Positions 53,251 through 64,000 of a stretch of DNA of 64,000 nucleotides are shown in pieces. Numbering within the stretch: the first letter of the stretch is position 1; each line of letters begins with the position of its first letter. The translations under genes were made by a program, and so were the position numbers. The stretch is from Paragordius varius (taxonomy: Eukaryota > Animalia > Nematomorpha), in contig OZ176058.1 in the NCBI GenBank assembly GCA_964247055.1, positions 1,922,001 through 1,986,000 of the forward strand. The letters run 5' to 3'. A model generated the notes under the pieces. The model worked only from the letters and a program-made list of their open reading frames with translations, had not been told where the DNA came from and did no database searches.

Positions 53251-55414
53251 TTAAATCGAGGTTTTAGCCATACTCATGGTTGTTTCATGTACAGAGAAGG
53301 AAATAGAAGTCACAGTAGTGGTTAATGTTTGAGAATTTGGATTGGAAACATTTATAGCTTCTATTATTGTAGTCGCCGTTGGTGGTTGCAAAAAAGTTTG
53401 ATTTTGCTGTGAAGGAAAAAATTTCCCAACCAAATCTCGGATAATTAAATCAACACGCGCTGTATGAGCAAGGCTCATTTCAGCCATCGCCATACTATCT
53501 ATCCAAGTTTCATCTTTTCCAAATAAAGAGTTATTTGGCGTATAAGTTATAGGTTTTTGGGAACCTGAAGAAAAATTTCGCTTCTCCATATCATTTTCCA
53601 TTTTTGGCCCCGTTCTTTCTGAGGCAGAATTTTGGTGAGGTTCTTCTTGGTTAGTCGTTAGGTAGTAGTTTTCATCATTTAACCACAACAAAGAATTATA
53701 TTTATTAGCATTATCCACATTAACATTATCATCCTTACACGATTCATCCAAACTGCGTTTGGTATCAAATTCATCCAAATTTTCTTGAGTAAAACCATCC
53801 GTTTCTGTTTTACATAATATTGATTGTTTGTTTTCGTTTTCAAAAGTTTCATTTCCACCAATTTCTAGTTGTGATGATAAACCACTTTTAGAAACGTTCT
53901 TATTACTGCGTGTTGATACGTGATGTAAAAATTGACCAAACGCACTTTGGCAATGGTAGAGCGAGGATAGCAGACGAGTATGTAAAACGGTCGATAAATC
54001 AGGACTTTGATACACCACACCTGCTATAATGTAATAATCTGTTAGGGGTGTAGTCCCCATAACATAAGATGGGCCGGCGCCGTGATCAGCTGATTTAATC
54101 AGTTGATTTTGCGCATTAGGATTAGCGGTATTAATTCGATGTCTATGTTGTTTTCGTATAACATATAGGATTGGTTCCTGGCTATGTATGAGGACATACT
54201 CTATCCCCGTCATATTTTTGAGGTGTGTAGCCGGGTCAAGACCTAAAAAAATAATAGAAAATTGGATAATATATACAGTAACGAAAGTTTTTATAAGACA
54301 TATCTGTATTTCAAAAGGGCTAAAAAGGTCTGTTACCGGGTGTATGAAATTTTTCTTTTTATTTATCACTTAATTAATTAAACACTGTATTTTTCAAATA
54401 TGTAAAACTAATAAAAATGAAAAAAATCGTAACTGGATATGTAAAAAAATATCCTTTATCCATTAAAATCTCAGATAGGGTCTAAATAGTTTTCCTTACC
54501 GTATTATATATAAATAATATAGTTATGCATATTTATGCTGGCCTATTTACATTATTCGGTCACACAGTAGGGTGTGTTATGAAGCAAATGTTGTCCATAA
54601 TTAAATGAACCAATTAATGCGCTAAGATAGGAATAAATTGGTTAATTTTAACATTTCTTTGTTTTTACCCATACTGTCGCGTGTTGCCCTATTGACCAAC
54701 TATAATATGAATAGGCCGGCATTAAAATGCATACTCTATATGTATATATATATATATATATATATCAACATTAGGCAAATCACAGCAAGAATTTAAATTA
54801 AATAGAGAAGAAAGGAAAATTGATGGCTAAAAAAATAGTGAAAAAATCCCTTTTTTCCAGACATTAACATTGAGCCAATAAATAGGATGTATAATAAAAA
54901 ACATTATTTTTATTGCTTATTTGTATTTTTACTGTAAAAATTTCCTCCTAACTGATACTCGCTATCTAGCAAAGTTAAAAACACACTTTCATTTGAAGAG
55001 TACAATTAAAAATTCTTAAAATTTTAAAATTATGCTTGACATTAAAAAACATTTGTCTTTTAGGTTTTTACATTTTATATGTATAATTTTCATTTTTACC
55101 GAAATATAAATGAGGATTAGCGATATATTTTATACGTTTTGTCCGTATAAATTCAAATTTTACTGAACTAAAAAACTTTATAAAACTATAAAAAAGGCTT
55201 CTTAAATTTTGAATCTTTATAATAAAATAAATTTAAAACCTTGCATTTTCACGCTTTCGTTGTTACAGGTGCGATCATAAAATGGATTACTTTTTTCACA
55301 AAAGTAATCTAGCACATTGTTTGCATTTAGAATTGGAATCCAAGCACTATCATGCCAAGAAATACTAAGGGGATTTGAAAGCTCTGAAGCAATATTTTCT
55401 GAAACTAAGGACAT
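53251..55414 (-). CDS. MED6: Mediator of RNA polymerase II transcription subunit 6, 388 aa; exons 55414-55240 and 54242-53251
   Basis: [41 protein letters not shown]|[32 protein letters not shown]...[18 protein letters not shown]...QSAF and C-terminal [11 protein letters not shown] are the recalled Med6 motifs. One phase-1 GT-AG intron. Confidence 0.95.
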
Positions 55415-56235
55415 TATCAGTTTTTAAGTGATTTGAAAATAAAAGTTCAAAAAGGATTTTACCAAGGTTTTGAACTAGATTGAGAGAATATTACGCAACT
55501 AATGGTAAAAGTAGATTTAAAAGTTCTAAAGCAATTTTTGGCGTAGAAATATTTTAATTTTTTATATATATATGTGATTTTTAACCTAAAAATATTATAA
55601 ATAATCGGATAATTCAATTTAAATGCATGAACGAAGCAATATTTGCGATACTAAAGATATATTTCGTTTAAGAGATTATATTATGATTTTCGGTGGAAAA
55701 TAAGTTTGTTTTATCAAGGTTTTAGGTTTTCCGGTAAATTTTTTAGTAAAGACGGCAACTGATATCGTCTGGGAGTTCTATTATAGGATTTATAAAAAAA
55801 ATATGAAATGCGATTTAAACAATTCGAAATGCGATCGATATATAGTGTTCGTAGTGAATAGGATATTTTTAACAGTCTAATTCCAAATTTTCCATTTATT
55901 TGATGTTGAATTGGGTTTTTTTTGAATCCGAATTCAAATTATCTAAGCTTTTAAACTGAATATTTATTGGAGATCGGGGTTGGCTGTATAGCTGCTTTGG
56001 AGATTTAAAAGGTTTTTTAAGATTATAATATTGAATTAAGATATATTATTCCGAATCAAATATTAAATGAGCTAAATTTAATTTTCAATCAAATTATCCA
56101 CAATTTTGAAAAATAGCCATGCTTTGTTCCATACATTCATTAAACTAATAAACCATATTGATTACATCTCCATATCAAAACTTTTGTAACGTAAAAAATT
56201 TAATTTAATTCTAGAAAAGATATAATAATTTCAAA
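55415..56235. promoter_or_regulatory. Probable bidirectional promoter region between MED6 and PSMB1
   Basis: Divergent start codons 821 bp apart; no specific motif identified. Confidence 0.5.
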
Positions 56236-57282
56236 ATGTTAGCAAACCCAATTATTGCTTCAAATGCGATTGAAAGGCATGGACATAGATGGAATCCCTA
56301 CCTAAATCATGGAGGGTAAGATTTTCAGACTTATGATAAAATATAATTACAAATTTTAAAACTTAGTACCTAAATTATTAAAAACTTAATATATTCTTTG
56401 GGTTACTTAAGAATTTTTTTAGTATTTATTTGCCAAATTTATAATCATTAATTTTATATGACTTTAGTTGATTCCTATTTAAAATTTATTTTCTAGAAGC
56501 GTGGTCGCAATAGCTGGTGAAGATTTCGCCATAATCGGTTCTGATACACGCTTGAGTGAGGACGAAAGTGGGGAAATTTTGACCCGAAATCAATCTAAAA
56601 TTTATAAATTGTAAGAATTTTTATAAATTTAATTTAAAATATTTTATTTTTTCTTAAAAATAAAATTATTGAATTTATTAAATATATGTATATAAAAAAA
56701 TATTTCAATTAATATAAAAATTGTTACACGCTTGAGTGAGGACGAAAGTGGGGAAATTTTGACCCGAAATCAATCTAAAATTTACAAATTGTAAGAATTT
56801 GTTTTAATAAATTTAATTAAAAATATTTTATTTTTTAAAAAAAATAAAATTATTTATAAATCTTTAAAATATACATTTATATATTTATATATAAATATAA
56901 AAAAATATATTTTTTCAATCAATATAAAATTGTGACATGGCTGAGTGAGGACATAAGGAAATTTAATTGATCTAACTTTTGGGAATCGTAAGATTTTTTA
57001 TAAATTCTATAAAAATAATTTTAAAATATTTTTTAGATTAACAAGAAATTTATAAGGAATTAATATTTAAGACAGATTTAATATTTTAAATTATTGAATA
57101 TTATAATTTTTGTTTTTACGTAATTTTGTTATCATATTAAATTATTCTATCTAAAAATATTTTTAAAAACAACAATTTATAAATTGTAGGATATTTTTTA
57201 ATAATCAAATAAAAAGTATTTTTAATTTAATTTAAAATTGGTGAATACCAAAGAGGGAAAATTTTAACTTAATCCAAATATA

Positions 57283-57323
<41 letters not shown>

Positions 57324-58761
57324 GTCAAAAAACTTATTTAATTTTATTATAATCAAATAAAACAATTATTAGGCTTAAAAACATTTTTTAACGCAAAAAA
57401 ATTATCTATTTTTTACTTTATTATATATGGGTTAAAATTCATAGTTTTTTTTACAAAAAACATTATAATATTTTTTAATAATAAATTACTAGAAATATAT
57501 AAATATTAAAAATAATTAAATTTCTTTTTATGATTTTTAATAAAAATGCGCACCCTTTTTTAATTTTAGAACGGCTGGTTCAATGTTGGGTCTTTGTGGT
57601 TTCCATGGCGACGTAATTCAATTATTAGGTCAATTGGAATATGCTATTAAAGTACATTTTAAATTTATAATTTTTACATAAAAATATTTTTTATAATGTA
57701 TATAATTTTGTTTATTTATTTTTGCAAAAAAAATTATTTTTTTTAAAAAATTTATTTTAATATAATATTTGAAAAAATTGGAATTATAGGAAAAAATAAA
57801 TAAATTCAATAAATTTAATGTAATTGAAAGTTTAATTTTAAAATTAATTTATTTTAAAATCTTAATTTAAAATTTTTAGTTATAAAAAACTTTGTAAAAC
57901 TAATTTTATGAAGAAATATTTGCAAAAACGAAATTTTTCGTAAAAATATTATTTTTATTTAAAAAAAATATTCTTTAAAACATATTTTTTATTAATAATT
58001 TCTGATATAAATATAAATATTTTATCAAAAAAAATATAAATTTCCAAAAAAATAAATTAATTTAATAAAAAATTTATTTTTTTTAGGTTTACAAACGCGA
58101 AAATTATAGTACAATATCAACCAGTGCACTTGCTAATATGTTATCTCGTTAAAAAATAAATATTTGAAAAAATTAAAAAAAATAAAATTAATTTTAAATT
58201 ATAAAAGATTTACATATATATATATATATGTATATATTTATTTATTTATTTAATAAAAATATTGAAATTTTTAATGAATTTAAGGAAAATCCAAAAAAGT
58301 TTTTCATTTAAAAATATAAATAAAAATTCAATTTAATAAAATATTGTTTATATATATATAGAAATAAAATTTTTAAATTTTTTTATATAAAATAAATATA
58401 AACTGATAAAATTTTTAAAAAAATAATATTAATTTTAGGTTTACAAACGCAAGAATTACATTTCAATATCAACCAGTGCTCTTGCTAATATTTTATCATA
58501 TTAAAAAATGAAAAAATTAATAAAAAGATTAAACTAATAAATAAATATGATAAAATATTTCAAAAATTAGTTTAAAAAATATAAAACATTAATATATTTA
58601 TATATATATATATATATATATTTAATAAAAATATTAAAAATATAATTAAAATTTTAAAAAAATCTAAAAAGAACGAAAAACAAATGTTAATTCATCTAAC
58701 AAAAAAATTTTTATTTATAAAATATATATAAAAATTCAATTAAATTTAATTAAATAATATC

Positions 58762-58807
<46 letters not shown>

Positions 58808-59470
58808 TATAATAAAATTTTTTAAATATATTAATTAATAAATTAATAAAAAATTTATTTTTAATAAAAATAATTAATTTTAGGTTTACAAACGCGAAAA
58901 TTATAGTACAATATCAACCAGTGCACTTGCTAATATGTTATCATTTAAAATATATAAAATTAATTAAAAAAATAAAGATTAAAATTATAACCCTAATATA
59001 TATACATATATATATATATATATATGATAAAATTTTTTAAATATAATTAAGAATTTAAAACGAGAAAAAAAGTTTTTTATTAAAAAAATTAATAATATAA
59101 TTAAATTTAATTGAATAATTTATATATATATATAAATATATTAATAATATAATTAAGATTATAAAAATATTAATAATATAATTAAATTTAATTAATAATT
59201 TTAGGTTTACGAACGCGATAATTACAGTACAATATCAACTAGTTCAATTGCTAATTTGTTATCTTGTTAAAAAATATATATTTGAAAAAATAAAAAAAAA
59301 TAAAATTAATTTTAAATAATAAAAGATTCACATATATATAATATATATGTATATATTTATTTATTTATTTAATAATAATTTTGAAATTTTGAATTTATTA
59401 AGAGAAAAAAAGAATGAAAAATAAATATGTTAATATATTATCTAACATAAAAGTTTTTAATTTAACAAAA

Positions 59471-59519
<49 letters not shown>

Positions 59520-60223
59520 TTTTTTTAACAATTCTATTTAATTAATAATTTATTATATATTTAAATACTAATTAAAAAATTTATGTTCAATAAAAAATAT
59601 TATTTTTAGGTTTACAAACGCGAAAATTACAGTACAATATCAACCAATGCACTTGCTAATATGTTATCTCGTTAAAAAATAAATATTTGAAAAAATTAAA
59701 AAAAATAAATTAATTTAAAAAAAAGATTAAAATTTTAACTTTAATATATATATAATTAATAAAAATATTTTGAATATAATTGAATTTGAAAAAATTTAAA
59801 AAGTATAAATAATATGATTAAGAATTTAAAATAGAAATAAAATTCAATTTAATTAAATATTGTTTATATATATATATATATAATTAATATTTATAAATAA
59901 AAATTTATACATAAATATAAAATTTTTAAATTTTCAATAACAAAATATTATTTTTAGGTTTACAAACGCGAAAATTATAGTACAATATCAACCAGTGCTC
60001 TTGCTAATATGTTATCATGTTAAAAAAATTGAAAAATTTTAAACTAATTAATAAATATTTTATAATATTCTAATATTAGTTTGAATAATTTATATATAGA
60101 TTTAATGGAATTATTAATAAATGAAGATTTTAAAAATATTAATAATAAAGTGAAGAATTTAAAATATCTAAAAAAGTTTTAAATTTAAAAATATATAAAA
60201 AAATTCAATTTAATTAAATAATA

Positions 60224-60294
<71 letters not shown>

Positions 60295-60501
60295 TATACA
60301 TATATATAATTAAATTTCTTTATATAAAATTAATAAAAATTAATATATTTTAATAAAAAATTATTTTTTAGGTTTACAAACGCGAAAATTATAGTACAAT
60401 ATCAACCAGCGCTCTTGCTAATATGTTATCTTGTACGCTTTATAATAGACGATTTTTTCCACTTTATGTCTACAATCTGCTCATTGGACTAGATGAAAAT
60501 G
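56236..60501 (+). CDS. PSMB1: Proteasome subunit beta type-1 (beta6), 5' part; exons 56236-56315, 56497-56610, 57570-57651, 60372-60501; remaining exons not found in window
   Basis: [27 protein letters not shown]|[38 protein letters not shown]|[27 protein letters not shown]|[44 protein letters not shown] matches PSMB1 (PY..NGG, AIAGEDF, DTRLS, GFHGD, LY.RRFFP.YVYN). Phases 2,2,0,1. Confidence 0.95.
56726..57295 (+). repeat. Partial copies of the PSMB1 exon-2 3' half plus donor, in intron 2
   Basis: acacgcttgagtgaggacgaaagtggggaaattttgacccgaaatcaatctaaaattta.aaatt|gtaagaattt is near-identical at 56726-56800; decayed copies at ~56935-57000 and ~57240-57295. Confidence 0.85.
58060..60030 (+). 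repeat. Six tandem partial copies of the PSMB1 exon-4 acceptor plus first ~60 nt, in intron 3
   Basis: ttttag|gtttac...aatatcaac...gctaat..tta.tc at 58087, 58439, 58884, 59205, 59610, 59958, separated by AT-rich spacers of ~260-380 bp. Confidence 0.95.
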
Positions 60502-63500
60502 GTATTATATAAAATTTATTCAGATCACCTGATTTTATTAAAAAAATAAAATATAGAGCAAAAATTTGAAAATTATTTGAGTTTACCTAAAAATTTGGGG
60601 AAATTGGTATTTCTTTGATAATTTATTAATTATCTATTTAAATAAGCTAATATTATAAAAAAAATAAAAAGTTTAAAAATTATATGTGTTAAGTTAAAAA
60701 TTTGGGGAAAAATGGTATAATTTTATCATTAATATATATATTTATTCAGATCAGTTGATATTTTGTTAAATTAAGCTCAAAAATTTAAAAATTTTTGAGT
60801 TTACCTAAAAATTGGGGAGAAAAAATGGTATTTTTTACTATATATTTATTCAGATCAGCTGATGTTATAAAAAAATTTAAATATAGAACAAAAATTTGAA
60901 AATTATTTAAGTTTACTAAAAAATTTTGGGGAAAAATGGTATAATTTTATCATTAATATATATATTTATTCAGATCACCTGATTTTATAGAAAAAATTTA
61001 AAATTCTAGGACAAGTTTATAAATTATCTCCAAAAATTTGAGGGAAAATGGTATTTTTGGTATTTTTTTAATTATCTATTTAAATAAGCTGATATTATAA
61101 AAAAAATAAAAAATTTTCAAATTATTTGAGTTTACCTAAAAAATTGGTAAAAAATGGTATTTTTTCCATAATTTTTGAACGATTTTTAGGTTATGATCAG
61201 CTGATTTTTGAAAAACGTTAAAAAATTAAATTAAGCTCAAAAATTTGAAAATTATTTAAGTTTACCTAAAAAAATGGGGGGGGGAAATGGTATAATTTTA
61301 TCTTTTATATATATTTATTCAGATCACCTGATTTTATAGAAAAAATTAAAATATAGAACAAAAATTTGAAAATTATTTGAGTTTACCTAAAAATTGGGGG
61401 AAAAAATGGTATTTTTTTGATAATTTTTGAACATTTTTTAAGTACAGATCACAGTTGATTGTATAAAAAAATATAAAATATAGAACAAAAATTTGAACAT
61501 TTTTTAAGTTTATTCTAAAAATTTGTGGAAAAAATGGTATATTTTTATAATTATTAATTATTTATTCAAATCACCTGATTTTATTGAAAAAATTTAAAAT
61601 TCTAGGACAAGTTTATAAATTATTTCTAAAAATTTGGGGGGAAATGGTATTATCTCTTATATTTTGATTTTAAGTACAGATCACCTGATTTTATGGAAAA
61701 AATAAAATATAGAACAAAAATTTGAAAATTATTTGAGTTTACTTAAAAAATTGGTGAAAAAATGGTATTTTTTTACTATATATTTATTCAGATCAGCTGA
61801 TTTTATGGAAAAAATTTAAATTTCTAGGACAAGTTTATAAATTATCTTCAAAAATTTGGGGGAAAATGGTATTTTTTCGATAATTTTTGAACAATTTTTA
61901 AGTACAAATCACCTGATTTTGTAAAAAAATAAAAAATTAAAATATAGAACAAAAATTTGAAAATTATTCATGTTTACCTAAAAATTTGCGGGTAAAATGG
62001 TATTTTTTTGATAATTTATCTATTCAGATCACCTGATTTTGTAAAAAAATAAAAAATTATTTTAAGGCTCAAAAAGTTGAAAATTATTTGAGTTTACCTA
62101 AAAAAATGGGGGTAAATGGTAATTTTTATCATAATTTATTAATTATCTATTTAAAACAGCTGATTTTTTGTTAAATTAATCTCAAAAATTTGAAAATTAT
62201 TTAAGTTTACTTAAAAAAATTGGTGAAAAAATGGTTTTTTTACGATAATTTTTGAACAATTTTTAAGTACAGATCAGCTGATTTTATAGAAAGGGCTTAA
62301 AACTTATATGTGTTAAGTTAAAAATTTGAAAATTATTTAAGTTTACTTAAAAAAATTGGTGAAAAAATGGTTTTTTTACGATAATTTTTGAACAATTTTT
62401 AAGTACAGATCAGCTGATTTTATAGAAAGGGCTTAAAACTTATATGTGTTAAGTTAAAAATTTGAAAATTATTTAAGTTAACTTAAAAATTTGGGGGTAA
62501 ATGGTATTTTTACGATAATTTATTTTATCTATTCAGATCAGCTGAGTTTATAGAAAAAATTCAAATTTCAAAATTATTTAAATTTACCTATAAAATTTGG
62601 GGAAAAATAATATTTTTCCCATATATTTTGAACAATTTTTGGGTTAAATGAAAATATAGAACAAAAATTTGAAAAATATTTGAATTTACCTAAAATGGGG
62701 GGGGGGGGGGGGGGGGGGGGGGGAAATGGTATTTTCAATAATTTTATTATTTATCTATTCAGATCATCTGATTTTATAAAACAAATTTAAATATAGAACA
62801 AAAATTGGAAATTATTTATGTTTACCTAAAATATTGAGGGAAAAAATGGTATTTTTTCGATAATTTTTGAACAATTTTTGAGATCAGTTGATTTATATTA
62901 AAAAAAGAAAAATTTAAAATTCAAGATTGTTTATTAAAGTTTTAGAATTATTTAAGTTTACTAAAAAATTTCGGGGAAAAATGGTATTTTTTTCATATAT
63001 TTTGAACAATTTATAACTACAGATCAGCTGATTTAGGGAAAACGTTAAAAAATTAAATTAAGCTCAAAAATTTGAAAATTATTTAAGTTTACCTAAAAAA
63101 TTGAAGGAAAATGCTATTTTTTTGATAAATTTTGAACAATTTTTGAGATCAGCTGATTTTTTGTTGAATTAAGCTCAAAAATTTAAAAATTAGTTGAGTT
63201 GACCTAAAAATTTGTGAAAAAATGGTATTTTTTCGATAATTTTTGAACAATTTTTAAGTCCAGATCACAGTTGATTTTGTGAAAAAATAAAAAATTAAAA
63301 TATAGAACAAAAATTTGAAAATTATTTGAGTTTACCCAAAAAATGGGGGGAAAAATGGTATAATTTTATCATTTATATATTTATTCAGATCAGCTGATTT
63401 TATTTAAAAAATTAAAATATAGCTCAAAAATTTGAAAATTATTTGAGTTTACCTAAAAATTGGGGAGAAAAATTGGTATTTTTTCCATATATTTTAAACA

Positions 63501-63530
63501 ATTTTTAAGTTAATATTAGCTGATTTTGAT
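60495..63530 (+). repeat. ~110-135 bp degenerate tandem repeat (about 25 units) in PSMB1 intron 4
   Basis: Unit: g(n)aaaaatggtat...tttattcagatca(c/g)ctgatttt...aaaaatttgaaaattattt(g/a)agtttacctaaaaa. Unit count estimated by eye. Confidence 0.9.
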
Positions 63531-64000
63531 AATGTTAAGAAATAGAGAAGTTTTAGATCAATTAATAAAGAAGATTAAAAATTGAAAATTCTGGGAAAAA
63601 TGTTATCGTTTTATTATAATTTTTATTCTCTTCAGTCGGAATTTTTATTTTTAATTAATAAAGGGAAATAAAATTATACGGGACAAAATGTAAAAATATT
63701 AAGACAAATGTATATTTTTCTAAAAGACAACCAACCAACCATTTATGCTTTTTTGAATTACCTTAATTTGTTCTTTATATACTATTTGCCCACATTTTTA
63801 CATGATATAATTTACATTTATATCTCCTCTATTTTACCACCCAAAACAATAAGTATGATTTGAAAATATTGATTGATTTTGAAAAAAGATGGTTGTTTGT
63901 CTTTATATTTTTGCGTTTTGTCCGTTCGTCCATCCGTAGTATAATTTTAATTTTTATTGTATAAGAAATGATATTAAAAAATTAATCAATTTGTGTAAAC

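Noticed and set aside
53679-54373. Short ORFs 53679-53861 (-) and 54188-54373 (+)
   Set aside because: Alternative-frame or antisense overlaps of MED6 exon 2.
56284-56310. MDIDGIPT* as the PSMB1 start
   Set aside because: Wrong frame; ATG 56236 gives [10 protein letters not shown], the conserved motif.
1-64000. tRNA, rRNA, snRNA genes, telomeric repeats, intact transposase or RepHel
   Set aside because: None recognised by eye; tRNAscan-SE and Infernal were not run, so absence is not proven.

Overview
Very AT-rich (roughly 80% by eye) eukaryotic genomic DNA with spliceosomal introns; MED6, PSMB1 and RPA3 look animal-like, but the species cannot be determined here. Most ORF-track entries are repeat or antisense artefacts, so genes were rebuilt by hand from GT-AG sites and codon phase. 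Genes: two tandem RPA3 copies (1511-3014 damaged; 10125-12720 intact), a SOUL heme-binding gene (+), an unrecognised 5-exon secreted-protein gene (-), a PDZ-domain gene with a long Asn-rich exon (-), and MED6 (-) head-to-head with the 5' part of PSMB1 (+). Repeats: a 7.76-kb non-autonomous Helitron that is almost all higher-order tandem array, an older related 2.6-kb Helitron, several MITE families, a ~120-bp intronic satellite and (TA)n tracts. The most striking structure is in PSMB1, whose introns are filled with tandem copies of its own splice junctions. Intron 3 holds six truncated, stop-ended copies of the exon-4 acceptor, each an AG|GT site, resembling a recursive-splicing ladder (hypothesis). 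All family assignments come from recalled motifs; no database search was run.
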